Shown in pieces: positions 9,521 through 18,424 of a stretch of 64,000 bases of DNA. The stretch lies in the NCBI GenBank assembly GCA_038824665.1, contig JAWBBK010000003.1, positions 44,021-108,020 of the forward strand. The letters run 5' to 3'. Source of the stretch: Acidilobaceae archaeon. GTDB lineage: Archaea > Thermoproteota > Thermoprotei_A > Sulfolobales > Acidilobaceae. Below the pieces are notes generated by a model, which saw only the letters and a program-made list of their open reading frames with translations, was not told the origin of the DNA and searched no databases. The first letter of the stretch is position 1. Every line of letters starts with the position of its first letter. The position numbers and the translations under genes were made by a program.

Positions 9521-10237
9521 CTAGAGGTGTTTACGTTTCTTCCGTCTCTCGAACTTCAACACTTCATATCCACAAACAGATCGTCCTATAACCGCGTAGT
9601 CTGCATATCCAATAAAGACTCCAGTCTCAACAACTCCAGGTATCTCTTTGAGAAGCTCTTCTAATTGCTCTAAGTCTTCGATACCTGGCTCCAAATCCAT
9701 TATGATGCCGCCCCAGTCCGATATTGTTGGTCCTCTCTTACCTGAAGAGGGTCTAGGTTTGACTTTAAGACCGAGAGACTCTATAGCCTTTAAGATCATG
9801 TTTAGATATCCTGGCTCTACTTCTATTGGTATTGGTCTCTTGGAACCAACTTTCTCAACTAGCTTCTCTTCCGATAATATGAATATATTTGTTGAGCTGT
9901 TGTAAGCCATTATCTTCTCTCCAAGTAGAGCTCCGCCTCCACCTTTCAATATGAACCCTCTTCTATCCAATTCATCAACTCCATCTACATAAACGTCAAG
10001 AGAACTGACAGTTCGAGGGTCTAGAACTCTAAGTCCTAACTCTGAAGCCAAGAACGCTGTCTCTAGGCTTGAAGGCACTACAAATAAGCTCTTAGCGAGT
10101 TCGTCTTTAGAGAGTTTATAGAGAAACTCAGCAACAGTTCTCCCAGTTCCCACTCCGAGGACAAAGGGTTCTCGCATTAATTGTTTGAGAAGGGCTAGAG
10201 CCCCTTGAGTAGCTTCAGCTATTGGATCGCAAGACAA
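9521..10237 (-). CDS. rpiA: Ribose-5-phosphate isomerase A
   Basis: GVGTGRT, DGVDE, KGGGGALLGEK, IPGVVETG; start revised to TTG at 10237 after a GGAGG SD because the track extension runs into an ORB. Confidence 0.93.
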   Translation of the reverse strand: MSCDPIAEATQGALALLKQLMREPFVLGVGTGRTVAEFLYKLSKDELAKSLFVVPSSLETAFLASELGLRVLDPRTVSSLDVYVDGVDELDRRGFILKGGGGALLGEKIMAYNSSTNIFILSEEKLVEKVGSKRPIPIEVEPGYLNMILKAIESLGLKVKPRPSSGKRGPTISDWGGIIMDLEPGIEDLEQLEELLKEIPGVVETGVFIGYADYAVIGRSVCGYEVLKFERRKKRKHL

Positions 10238-10290
10238 AAAGTCCTCCCCCCAACTTGTTTCAGAGCTGAGAAGAAATAGTTGTGTGAGCA

Positions 10291-10321
10291 GTGGGTTCCA
10301 GAGGAAACAGAGGGGTCTCAA
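10291..10321 (+). promoter_or_regulatory. Origin recognition box 1
   Basis: GTGGGTTCCAGAGGAAACAGAGGGGTCTCAA matches the Orc1/Cdc6 ORB consensus TTCCAGnGGAAA..GGGG. Confidence 0.88.
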
Positions 10322-10370
10322 TAGCTATTTGTTCTATATGGTTTAGTTTGTTGTGAAGATGTGTAGAGGG

Positions 10371-10392
10371 ACCCCTCTATTTCTTTTAGACT
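10371..10392 (-). promoter_or_regulatory. Origin recognition box 2 (degenerate, inverted)
   Basis: Minus strand AGTCTAAAAGAAATAGAGGGGT keeps the GAAA-nAGAGGGGT half. Confidence 0.6.
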
Positions 10393-10482
10393 AAGCCTAG
10401 AATAAGCGGAACTTTTCAACCAATACAAGACCTCACTAACATTATACAAACCATTATATAACACCACAACAACTCTGATATA

Positions 10483-10505
10483 GTCTCCAGAAGAAGTTGA
10501 GGGGC
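10483..10505 (+). promoter_or_regulatory. Origin recognition box 3 (degenerate)
   Basis: GTCTCCAGAAGAAGTTGAGGGGC. Confidence 0.65.
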
Positions 10506-10568
10506 GGGAGTATCGAGAGATCAGAGTAGTCGAACTCAGACAAACCTTTGAGGTCGAGGAGTGCTCTG

Positions 10569-10599
10569 GTGGGCTCCACAGGAAGCAGGGGGGTCTCAA
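10569..10599 (+). promoter_or_regulatory. Origin recognition box 4
   Basis: GTGGGCTCCACAGGAAGCAGGGGGGTCTCAA, 27/31 identical to ORB1. Confidence 0.85.
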
Positions 10600-10619
10600 C
10601 CCCCCGGTTAAACTAGTTG

Positions 10620-11951
10620 TTAAAATAGACGTGGTATGGGAGGAGTACGACCTATAACGCTCTCAACGCTAAGAGGGTTCAGAGGTAGACCAAAACCATG
10701 TTTAGGCTTTCTCAAAGGCGGTGCTACAAGATGTCTCAATCTTCCAGGTCTTGGAGTATAGACAGCTGGAGAAAGAAGTGAACGCTTCTCTATCTCAACT
10801 TTGATCATCTTGTTGATTGTATAACCACAACTCTTACAACGATAGCCTTTACCAGCTCCAACGCTCTCAAACCTATGACCACATAGAGGACATCGGGGGT
10901 TGACAAACAAAACTCTTTTAGATATCTTCTCAACAACAAGCTTCTCAGAGGCTATCACGACTTTCCCTCTTGGTTTATAAGGTCTCACACTACCATAAAC
11001 CACTATCTCATCTCCTCTTCCAAGCATAGCGGCGATCTTGTTCAGAGGAAACGTTTCTCTATAGAATACAGCATCAACAACACCTTCTTCAGTCTCTATC
11101 TCTACCACTGTATGGGAGCCAGGGATCACTTCTGGATTTTCAGAGACGACTCCTCTCACATATCCAGACTCGTAAGGATAGAGTCTTTCTTTTAGCGGTC
11201 TAGCGTGAACGTCAGTATGTTGATTAGACCTGAAGAGAGTCCAGAGGTCAGGCTCTTCACATAACAGCTTTGAGTATTCAGGAAGCAATTCATAACAGTC
11301 TCCTCGAAACCCAGCTAGAACGGGGTCATAACCTTTAGGAGAAGCCGTTAACTCCCCGGTTAATGGATCGTAGTTGTTGAAAACACAAGGAGGGAGGTCT
11401 CCTTCAAGCAGAGCTACTTTAATTCCTTCAACCACACATCTCTTAGTGCCCCACGCTTCAGGCTTTCTATAAGCTATTAGCTCAAAAGTATAATCATCGT
11501 TTTCGTTTAGAGCGGTTAGCGCGGCTAGAGCTCCTATTGTTCCTCTGCCTCCACTCCACAAAAGCTTCTTCTTCTCAACTAGCTCGGTTGCCACATCTAG
11601 AGGAATAACGCTTGTGAGAGTTCTCTCATAAAATCTCCTTAGCTCTAGGTCTTTCCAAATAGCTCCGCTAGCCACTATAACTCCATAATCTTTCTTTCCA
11701 CTATAAGCATTAGCTAGCTCTTCAACTCTTCTCAAGAGCTCTTCTAGAGATCCATCGTAGTACATCCTTAAGGCGACAGAAGCGTTGCCTCTAGTCTTCC
11801 AAGGAATAGCTGGGTTCAGTCTCACGAGAAGCGGAAGGTCAGCTAGCTTAACTTTATCTCTAAGCTCGTAGAGCAACAACGAAACAAAATGAGTAGTGCA
11901 ACCAGCATGAAGACTGTCAACGCTATCCACAGATAAAGTGACTAGCTTCAT
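10620..11951 (-). CDS. tiaS: tRNA(Ile2) 2-agmatinylcytidine synthetase
   Basis: GCTTH, LVRLNPAIPWKTRGN, FRSNQHTD, OB fold, CPLC..CKSC zinc ribbon, RHL. Confidence 0.9.
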   Translation of the reverse strand: MKLVTLSVDSVDSLHAGCTTHFVSLLLYELRDKVKLADLPLLVRLNPAIPWKTRGNASVALRMYYDGSLEELLRRVEELANAYSGKKDYGVIVASGAIWKDLELRRFYERTLTSVIPLDVATELVEKKKLLWSGGRGTIGALAALTALNENDDYTFELIAYRKPEAWGTKRCVVEGIKVALLEGDLPPCVFNNYDPLTGELTASPKGYDPVLAGFRGDCYELLPEYSKLLCEEPDLWTLFRSNQHTDVHARPLKERLYPYESGYVRGVVSENPEVIPGSHTVVEIETEEGVVDAVFYRETFPLNKIAAMLGRGDEIVVYGSVRPYKPRGKVVIASEKLVVEKISKRVLFVNPRCPLCGHRFESVGAGKGYRCKSCGYTINKMIKVEIEKRSLLSPAVYTPRPGRLRHLVAPPLRKPKHGFGLPLNPLSVESVIGRTPPIPRLF

Positions 11952-11966
11952 AAAACACCTTCTTCG

Positions 11967-12236
11967 TTACGTAGACTTGACCTCTTTCTTTACCACTATA
12001 CACGTTATAGTGTTCCTAACTCCCTCAATCTTTCTTATCTTTTGGACCACTACTTGTCTTAACTCCTCTAACCCATCAGCTTTAACCACAGCTATCAAAT
12101 CATGTATTCCATAGACTATGTAGGCTTCTTTTACTTCAGGGATCTCAAGGAGTTTTTGAAAAGCGATCTCTTCTTTTCCTATATCTACATTGACCAGAAT
12201 CACGGCCTCTGTAGACACGAAACTCACCACGCCCAA
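11967..12236 (-). CDS. Lrp/AsnC ligand-binding (RAM) domain protein
   Basis: IPEVKEAYIVYGIHDLIAVV..IRKIEGVRNTIT; no HTH. Confidence 0.8.
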   Translation of the reverse strand: MGVVSFVSTEAVILVNVDIGKEEIAFQKLLEIPEVKEAYIVYGIHDLIAVVKADGLEELRQVVVQKIRKIEGVRNTITCIVVKKEVKST

Positions 12237-12267
12237 CCGATTTATCGAGATCGAGGTTTATAAACGA

Positions 12268-12534
12268 TCAGTCAGTTTGATTATCGCAAGAACAAAGATC
12301 AAAAGCTAAAACGATAGCGTCTCTAAGCCCCATAGCCAATCCTAGAGCTCCTATAACCAACTGTTTAGAAGAAACGGTAGAAGGCGTGGTGTCAACGGCT
12401 CTAACCAAGTCTTCTACCAATCTAGAGAGTCCTCTCTCAAGAGCTTCTAAAACGTCTTTACAAGAAGGCTTAAGCGTATTCTCTCCAGGTGTAGCCACAC
12501 TTGGTACACCTATAAAATCTAGTGGGAGGTTCAT
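12268..12534 (-). CDS. Hypothetical protein (start uncertain)
   Basis: Fills the gap between TFS and the Lrp gene on the same strand; 5' part overlaps TFS, so the true start is probably later. Confidence 0.3.
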   Translation of the reverse strand: MNLPLDFIGVPSVATPGENTLKPSCKDVLEALERGLSRLVEDLVRAVDTTPSTVSSKQLVIGALGLAMGLRDAIVLAFDLCSCDNQTD

Positions 12535-12820
12535 CAGCAGCTCTAGTTTGCATCATCCAGAAGTAAGCTCTATCGTTACCACACTTCGGACATACAGTAG
12601 AAACCGTTTGAGCTGTTTCAAGACTTTTCTCAGAGTTTAAAACCAGAGTTTTGTCCTTCGGGCTTCTTCTAGCGTTGCTCTTTACTTGGATCGTGATCGG
12701 TTCTTGAGTTCTCTCAGAGTAACCACATCTAGGACAGACTAGAGAGTTAGAGCCGTTAGGCTCTCTCTTCGACTGCATTAAAGCTCCACATTTAGGGCAA
12801 AACCTTAACACTGCTCTCAC
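12470..12820 (-). CDS. tfs: Transcription factor S (TFS)
   Basis: Two zinc ribbons (FCPKCG, CPKCGN) and QTRAADEPPTRFYRC with the catalytic DE. Confidence 0.92.
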   Translation of the reverse strand: MRAVLRFCPKCGALMQSKREPNGSNSLVCPRCGYSERTQEPITIQVKSNARRSPKDKTLVLNSEKSLETAQTVSTVCPKCGNDRAYFWMMQTRAADEPPTRFYRCTKCGYTWREYA

Positions 12821-12821
12821 C

Positions 12822-13124
12822 TCATCTATAGGGTTGAGTCGCTCTAGCTCTTCTCATCTTTTCAGCTAGACCTATAAGCTTAGCTAAGAAGGTTTCGTAG
12901 AAGCTAGCGGTTTTCACTAAAGCTGGAGGAGGCAGAACGCCACACGTGCAGTCTCCTAGAGCATAGCGGAGCTCTCCAACATAACCTTCTTTTCGCAATC
13001 TCTCACAGAGTTCAGCACAACTGAAAGCTAAGACTAGAGCATCGAAGCTAACGCCTCGAAGCACGATAGAAGCGCAGATATCTTCGCTACATCTCGATAA
13101 GAGAATCCTGACTTCAGGCTTCAA
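12822..13124 (-). CDS. Hypothetical Cys-rich protein
   Basis: Tightly coupled between rpoL and tfs. Confidence 0.45.
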   Translation of the reverse strand: MKPEVRILLSRCSEDICASIVLRGVSFDALVLAFSCAELCERLRKEGYVGELRYALGDCTCGVLPPPALVKTASFYETFLAKLIGLAEKMRRARATQPYR

Positions 13125-13446
13125 TAACTATTCCTCTCTCTTTCAAAGCCTTTAGGTAGAGGTCTCTAAACATCTGGTTCTTCTCCAAGATCTTCTCTAA
13201 AGCTTTAATTAACACATCGACTACGCTGGTTTCTCTGTTTTTGAGCGAAACGAAGACCACGACTTTATCTTCAAGAGGGTGAGGCTTCAGATAGCTAGCT
13301 ATCTCCACCTCAGGTAGCTCGAGAAGGGTCTTAGCGAGCAGGTTGCCCATAGTGTGGTCTTCTCCATCTATCAACACTTTGTAGCTATTGTCTCCAAGCT
13401 TCTCGATGAAGACTCTGCTCTGCGTCTCTCCATTCACTTTATACAC
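13114..13446 (-). CDS. rpoL: RNA polymerase subunit L (Rpo11)
   Basis: GEDHTMGNLL..ASYLKPHPL. Confidence 0.88.
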   Translation of the reverse strand: MYKVNGETQSRVFIEKLGDNSYKVLIDGEDHTMGNLLAKTLLELPEVEIASYLKPHPLEDKVVVFVSLKNRETSVVDVLIKALEKILEKNQMFRDLYLKALKERGIVIEA

Positions 13447-13492
13447 CCTTTCTTCAGCTTATCGAGAGAGTCCTAATATATTAAGGAGTGAA

Positions 13493-13564
13493 GAGCCGGG
13501 AGCGACCCGTCCCACGTTCACACTCTCCCGAGACGCGGGAGCGTCGCGCGGGCAACCGGGGTCC
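13493..13564 (-). ncRNA. Unassigned GC-rich structured small RNA candidate
   Basis: 53/70 GC in 13495-13564; extensive pairing with G-U pairs on the minus strand; BRE-TATA (GGAAAC TTATAA) 30 nt upstream on minus; pyrimidine-rich tail. Confidence 0.55.
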
Positions 13565-13641
13565 GTTTTACAAGCTCTAAACGACAGGTTATAAGTTTCC
13601 TATAGGATAGGGTTAGGAAAGACGTAGGAGGCTCGAATTTC

Positions 13642-14304
13642 ATGAGGTCCTATGTTGTCCTGTTCTCTACGATGACTGTAGACGGTAGGATAGCTAGCAG
13701 AACCGGGTATTCTAGACTTAGTTGTCTTGAAGACCTAGAACTTCTTCATAAACTCAGAGCCTCAAGCGATGCCGTAATGGTAGGAGCTAACACTGTGATC
13801 TCTGACAACCCTCGACTGACGACAAGACTAGTCGCAGGACCTAGCCCCAAATACAGAGTCGTCGTAGACGCCAGACTAAGAGTTCCTCCTACAGCAAGAG
13901 TCTTTGAGTCTCCTAACAGAGGAGTTTTGGTGACTTTAGATAAATGGAGTGATGAAGACTTAGCGAAGTATTTAGATCGAGGAGTTAAAGTGATAAAAGC
14001 GGGAAAGGACGAGATAGATCTGAAGCTTGCTCTAACGAAGCTTTATGAAATAGGGATTCGAAGACTTCTCGTTGAAGGCGGAGGAACTCTCAACTGCTCT
14101 ATGCTCGCATCTGGTCTAGTAGACGAGATAAGAGTTACCGTAGCTCCTTATGTGTTCGGTTCAGGCGTTTCTCTAGCTGAGTGTGAAGCTTTTGATGGAG
14201 AACATAACAGAGTTGAACTCTCTTTAGTAGAGTACTGGGAAGTGTGTCCAGGATGGCTTCACCTAGTTTATAGAGTCGTTCGTCCGAAAAACGTTTTACC
14301 TTAA
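13642..14304 (+). CDS. RibD C-terminal-domain pyrimidine reductase (DHFR fold)
   Basis: MTVDGRIA, DAVMVGANT..DNPRLT, LLVEGGG. Confidence 0.85.
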   Translation: MRSYVVLFSTMTVDGRIASRTGYSRLSCLEDLELLHKLRASSDAVMVGANTVISDNPRLTTRLVAGPSPKYRVVVDARLRVPPTARVFESPNRGVLVTLDKWSDEDLAKYLDRGVKVIKAGKDEIDLKLALTKLYEIGIRRLLVEGGGTLNCSMLASGLVDEIRVTVAPYVFGSGVSLAECEAFDGEHNRVELSLVEYWEVCPGWLHLVYRVVRPKNVLP

Positions 14305-14336
14305 CCCATTAAAGTTCTAACTCCGGATGAGAGCTT

Positions 14337-15524
14337 TTGAGCTCGAGAGAACCTAGAATATACATCGCTAGTCTAGAGGACATACTAGAGGGAAGAGCTA
14401 CCGACATCTACTTCTATAGGACTAAAGTGATTTTAGATAAGTACTCTGAAGACATTGAGGTCAGAATGCAGGTTCACGCTTACTCGCTACCTAAAGGGTA
14501 TAGTTGGGCGGTCTTCGCAGGACTTGAAGAAGCTCTAGCGGTGCTTAAAGGAAAGCCTCTCACAGTATATGCTGTACCCGAAGGAACAGTGTTTAGAAGA
14601 AAATACCCTATAATGTTGATTGAAGGAAGACTTAGAGATATGGTGCTTTATGAAACTGCTTATTTAGGGGTTTTGAGATTCGCTTCAAGCATAGCGACAA
14701 AGACCGCTAGACTAAAGAAGCTGGCTGGAGATAAGACTCTTCTCTTTTTCGGATTGAGAGCTCTCCATCCTGTTCTTCAACCAGCTGCTGATCGAGCAGC
14801 CTACATCGGAGGAGCTGACGGTGTGAGCGGATTGCTAGCAGAAAAGTATTTAGGGCTGAAGCCTATGGGTACAATGCCTCACGCTCTTATAGTGGCCATG
14901 GGAGACCAGAGAAGAGCTTGGAAGAGCTTCGCTGAGACATTCGGTAAGGAGACTCCAGTAATAGCGTTAGTGGACACTTTTTACGATGAGAGAGTCGAGG
15001 CACTAATGGCTGCAGAACTCCTCGGCAAGGACCTTTATGGAGTCAGACTTGACACTCCAGGTAGCAGAAGAGGTAGGATGAGAGATATAGTAGAAGAAGT
15101 CAGAATAGCTTTGGATAGAGCAGGCTATAGACACGTGAAGATCTTCGTCAGTGGAGGAATAGATGAAAACGAAGTAGTGGAGCTAAGAGATATAGTAGAC
15201 GGATTCGGAGTAGGGACAGCTATAGCTGCTGCTCCCAACATAGACATAAGCGCAGACATAGTTGAAATACGCGAAGAGGGAGAGTGGAAACCTAGAGCTA
15301 AGAGAGGGAAAATACCGTCAGCTCTACAAGTCTACAGATGTAGTGTCAAAGAAGACTATCTGATCTTTTTTGAACAAAGAGAAGTCCCAAGATGTAAAGA
15401 CGGTTCTGAAGCTAGACCTCTTTTAGTTAAATACATAGAGAACGGCGAGATGGTTAGAGACTTACCGAAGCTAGAAGACATCAGAAAGTACGTGCTCGAA
15501 CAGATAAAAGAGATAGACCTTTAG
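14337..15524 (+). CDS. pncB: Nicotinate phosphoribosyltransferase
   Basis: TDIYF, FGLR, GTMPHA, LVDT, VRLDT, SGG, FGVGT. Confidence 0.92.
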   Translation: MSSREPRIYIASLEDILEGRATDIYFYRTKVILDKYSEDIEVRMQVHAYSLPKGYSWAVFAGLEEALAVLKGKPLTVYAVPEGTVFRRKYPIMLIEGRLRDMVLYETAYLGVLRFASSIATKTARLKKLAGDKTLLFFGLRALHPVLQPAADRAAYIGGADGVSGLLAEKYLGLKPMGTMPHALIVAMGDQRRAWKSFAETFGKETPVIALVDTFYDERVEALMAAELLGKDLYGVRLDTPGSRRGRMRDIVEEVRIALDRAGYRHVKIFVSGGIDENEVVELRDIVDGFGVGTAIAAAPNIDISADIVEIREEGEWKPRAKRGKIPSALQVYRCSVKEDYLIFFEQREVPRCKDGSEARPLLVKYIENGEMVRDLPKLEDIRKYVLEQIKEIDL

Positions 15525-15575
15525 CTTTCAAGAACTTTTTATAGGTTTCTTTCAGCTAAATATGTGGAGCTGTTT

Positions 15576-16904
15576 ATGGCTAGACGACTTTGGCGCGTAG
15601 CCATAACTATAGCGGGTAGCGATTCAGGCGGCGGAGCAGGCATCCAAGCTGACCTCAAGACCTTTGCAGCTCTAGGCGTTCACGGAACTACAGCGATAAC
15701 CAGCATAACGGCTCAAAACACATATCAAGTCACAGCAGTTCATGATGTGCCTCCAGAAATCGTTTACGAGCAGATCAAAGCAGTGGCTGAAGACATGGGT
15801 ATAGACGCTGGCAAGACCGGAATGCTTAGCAACAAGGAGATAATATTGGCTGTAGCTAGAGCTCTAAGCGATTATCCTTTCCCTTTAGTGATAGATCCTG
15901 TCATGGTGGCTAAAAGCGGAGCAAGACTCTTGAGAGAAGACGCTCTAGAAGCTCTGAAGAGAGAACTATTACCCAAAGCGAAAGTGATTACTCCTAATAG
16001 GTGGGAGGCAGAAATACTAGCTGGGTTTAAGATCGAGACTCTTGAAGACGCTAAGAAAGCAGCAGAAGTAATCGCTGAAGGCTATGGTTGCGAAGCAGTT
16101 GTCGTAAAAGGAGGACATCTGAAGATCGAAGACTCCTCAGACATATTGTACTGGCAAGGACGGCACTACAAAATACCTGGTCCACGTATTGAAGATGCGT
16201 GTACTCACGGTACGGGTTGCTCTTTCTCAGCCGCTATAGCTGCTTACCTAGCTCAAGGACTTGATGTGTATAAAGCCGTAGTTGAAGCCAAGAAGTTCAT
16301 TACCGTAGCTATAGATTACGGAGTAAAGGTCGGAAAAGGCTTCTGTCCTGTCAATCCTACAGCCTGGTTGGAGCTACCGGCGCAGAGATATAGAGTTCTA
16401 GAAAACGTTGAGAAAGCATTGAGAAAGATGTTCAACTTAAGAGAGAAGATAATGAAGGTCGCTTCTCAGACAGAGATAGAGGTCTCAGAGAGAATCTCAT
16501 CCAGATATGTGAGAGGACTCGAAGATGTAGTGACGGCATCACTGGATCTAGCAAAAGCTCAGGAGTTCGAGATAACGCTGAGATCGAGACCTCGAACAGC
16601 AGAGTTTCTCATCTATCTCGCTTCTTTAGACCCTGAGCTACAAGCGACAATAACTTTGAGATACAATGAGAAGTTAATAGAAAGAGCTATAGACGAAGGC
16701 TATACGGTAGCCTGTTTGGAGCTTCCGAGAGAGGCTTCAGCTATAGAAATGATAAAAGAGGCGACTAAGAGAGCAGGAGGAAAAGTGCCTGACGTTATTT
16801 GCGAAGGAGTAGGCTCTGATGCTCTAATCAGACTAACGGCGAGGAGTTCTGTAGAGGCTGTAGAGAAGCTCGAAAGAATCTTGAGAGAAGTCGCTAACTC
16901 TTAG
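15576..16904 (+). CDS. thiD: HMP/HMP-P kinase ThiD fused to a divergent ThiN-like domain
   Basis: [38 protein letters not shown]; ATG 15576 preferred over GTG 15564. Confidence 0.92.
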   Translation: MARRLWRVAITIAGSDSGGGAGIQADLKTFAALGVHGTTAITSITAQNTYQVTAVHDVPPEIVYEQIKAVAEDMGIDAGKTGMLSNKEIILAVARALSDYPFPLVIDPVMVAKSGARLLREDALEALKRELLPKAKVITPNRWEAEILAGFKIETLEDAKKAAEVIAEGYGCEAVVVKGGHLKIEDSSDILYWQGRHYKIPGPRIEDACTHGTGCSFSAAIAAYLAQGLDVYKAVVEAKKFITVAIDYGVKVGKGFCPVNPTAWLELPAQRYRVLENVEKALRKMFNLREKIMKVASQTEIEVSERISSRYVRGLEDVVTASLDLAKAQEFEITLRSRPRTAEFLIYLASLDPELQATITLRYNEKLIERAIDEGYTVACLELPREASAIEMIKEATKRAGGKVPDVICEGVGSDALIRLTARSSVEAVEKLERILREVANS

Positions 16905-16941
16905 AGTTCCATAAGACCTTTCGTTCTAAGACCTTCTGAGA

Positions 16942-17017
16942 GGGCCCGTAGCTCAGCCAGGACTAGAGCGCCGGGCTTCGGACCCGGAGGTCCCGGGTTC
17001 AAATCCCGGCGGGCCCG
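16942..17017 (+). tRNA. tRNA-Arg(UCG), CCA not encoded
   Basis: GGGCCCG/CGGGCCC acceptor, anticodon arm CCGGG-CTTCGGA-CCCGG, T loop TTCAAAT. Confidence 0.96.
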
Positions 17018-17048
17018 CATCTACTTCTTCAAGAAAAGTGTAAGGCCT

Positions 17049-17169
17049 CCAGCCTCGGCTTGAGGGCCCTGCGAGGCCTCGCGGACCTCACGGGGCCCTC
17101 AACGCGGTCGGCTTAACTTCCGGGTTCGATATGAGTCCGGGTGTTGCCCGACCGCTATGGCCGAGCTGG
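17049..17169 (-). rRNA. rrf: 5S rRNA, unlinked from 16S/23S
   Basis: Minus strand GGCCATAGCGGTCGGGCAACACCCGGACTCATATCGAACCCGGAAGTTAAGCCGACCG; terminal helix extends to 17045/17173. Confidence 0.95.
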
Positions 17170-17217
17170 AGGCAATTTGATAGTAGTCAGGCTGAGCTTA
17201 TATCTGTTGCTTGTTCG

Positions 17218-17787
17218 TTAAAACTGAGAAGCAATTAGCTCAGCTTCTCTTAACCTTCTCAAAATTACGTGACTGTCTTCAAATTCAAGAGCGTCTTCAT
17301 AAAGCCTGGTCTTGTCTATCGAAAGCTTTCCTGCTCTAACCATTCTGGATATCTCCTTAAGTCTATTCATATCGCTTGACCTTCCCGCGTTCGCTTTTAG
17401 AGTCAGGTACTCTTCAAGACCTAAAGTTCGGACTTCTACATCTCCGATCCTAATTGACGATGTCCTCTTTTCTAAAAAGCTAGGAGGCACGTAGAAGTCA
17501 TGAATGTTATCGTAGAACTCGAACAGAACTTCTTCAATAGAGGTTCTAACTACAAGTCTAGGAGTTCCTAGCCAGGTCTGTCCCAAAACCCATCTTCTAC
17601 TTGAGGCAACAGAAGCAAATACTTCCTCATCGTAGATGAGAGGGTTTTGAGAGAACACATCTACATCATCGCCCAGGTCGTTGGAGTTCAGCAGGAGTTC
17701 TACTATGGTTCCACCTATCACTACGAACTCGAAGCCTTCTTCGTAGAGAGCCTTAACGGCTTCAGCGAAAGCTCTTCTTGAAACCAC
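17218..17787 (-). CDS. Pol-beta superfamily nucleotidyltransferase (DUF2204-like)
   Basis: VVIGG..DDVDVF, LKA..GRSSD. Confidence 0.65.
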   Translation of the reverse strand: MVSRRAFAEAVKALYEEGFEFVVIGGTIVELLLNSNDLGDDVDVFSQNPLIYDEEVFASVASSRRWVLGQTWLGTPRLVVRTSIEEVLFEFYDNIHDFYVPPSFLEKRTSSIRIGDVEVRTLGLEEYLTLKANAGRSSDMNRLKEISRMVRAGKLSIDKTRLYEDALEFEDSHVILRRLREAELIASQF

Positions 17788-17860
17788 TGAAAGCCCCTAC
17801 GTATCGTTCAGCTCAAACTTTATACGTCTAGATGAACCAGCTCCTCGTCTGGGAGCAACT

Positions 17861-18424
17861 ATGGAATACCTGAGAGTCTTCGTAGCTATCGATATAGAGG
17901 ATCCTCTTCTAGTCTCTAGGTTAGAAAGGCTAAAGGACTCGCTTTTGTCGACAGGGGTTGCGATGAAGCCTGTAGAGCCTTACAACTACCACATAACGCT
18001 TAGATTCATAGGAGAAGTGCCGAAGAGAGTAGTGGATGAGATAGCTAGGTCTTTGAGAACAGTTATCTTTAAGCCATTTAAAGCTGTTCTCAAAGGACTC
18101 GGAGCGTTTCCTTCTATCGCAAACCCCAGAGTTATATGGGTAGGAGTGAGCGAAGGCGAGAAAGAACTGAAAGAACTTCATGACATCGTAGAACAGGCGT
18201 TAAGAAAAGCGAATATACCTCCTGAGAGAGAAGAGTTTGTAGCTCACATCACGTTGGCCAGAGTTAAGGGGTCTAAGAATATAGGCGGTTTAATCAGGCT
18301 TTTAACGGAACTCTCAGACTACGAGGTAGGCTTGATGGAGGTAAACAGTATAAGGCTTAAGAAGAGCGTGCTTACGAAGAAAGGTCCTATCTATGAAACC
18401 CTAATTGAGGTCAAAGCGTTATGA
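17861..18424 (+). CDS. thpR: RNA 2',3'-cyclic phosphodiesterase (2H family)
   Basis: RVFVAID, two HxT motifs (YHITL, AHITL), PRVIW, GPIY. Confidence 0.93.
   Translation: MEYLRVFVAIDIEDPLLVSRLERLKDSLLSTGVAMKPVEPYNYHITLRFIGEVPKRVVDEIARSLRTVIFKPFKAVLKGLGAFPSIANPRVIWVGVSEGEKELKELHDIVEQALRKANIPPEREEFVAHITLARVKGSKNIGGLIRLLTELSDYEVGLMEVNSIRLKKSVLTKKGPIYETLIEVKAL

Larger units (their letters stand above)
10291..10599. other. Chromosomal replication origin (oriC): four ORB elements around an AT-rich unwinding element
   Basis: ORBs at 10291-10321 (+), 10371-10392 (-), 10483-10505 (+) and 10569-10599 (+); 10411-10480 is about 31% GC with only 2 G on the top strand. Confidence 0.85.

Noticed and set aside
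10238-10599. ORF 10318-10599 and the N-terminal extension of rpiA, which share MRPxCFLWxP starts
   Set aside because: The similarity is just the antisense translation of the two ORB repeats.
10291-10599. 31-bp repeats as a CRISPR array
   Set aside because: Irregular spacing, mixed orientation, ORB consensus and no cas genes.
13388-13594. 68-aa plus-strand ORF
   Set aside because: Antisense to rpoL and open only because of the GC-rich RNA element.
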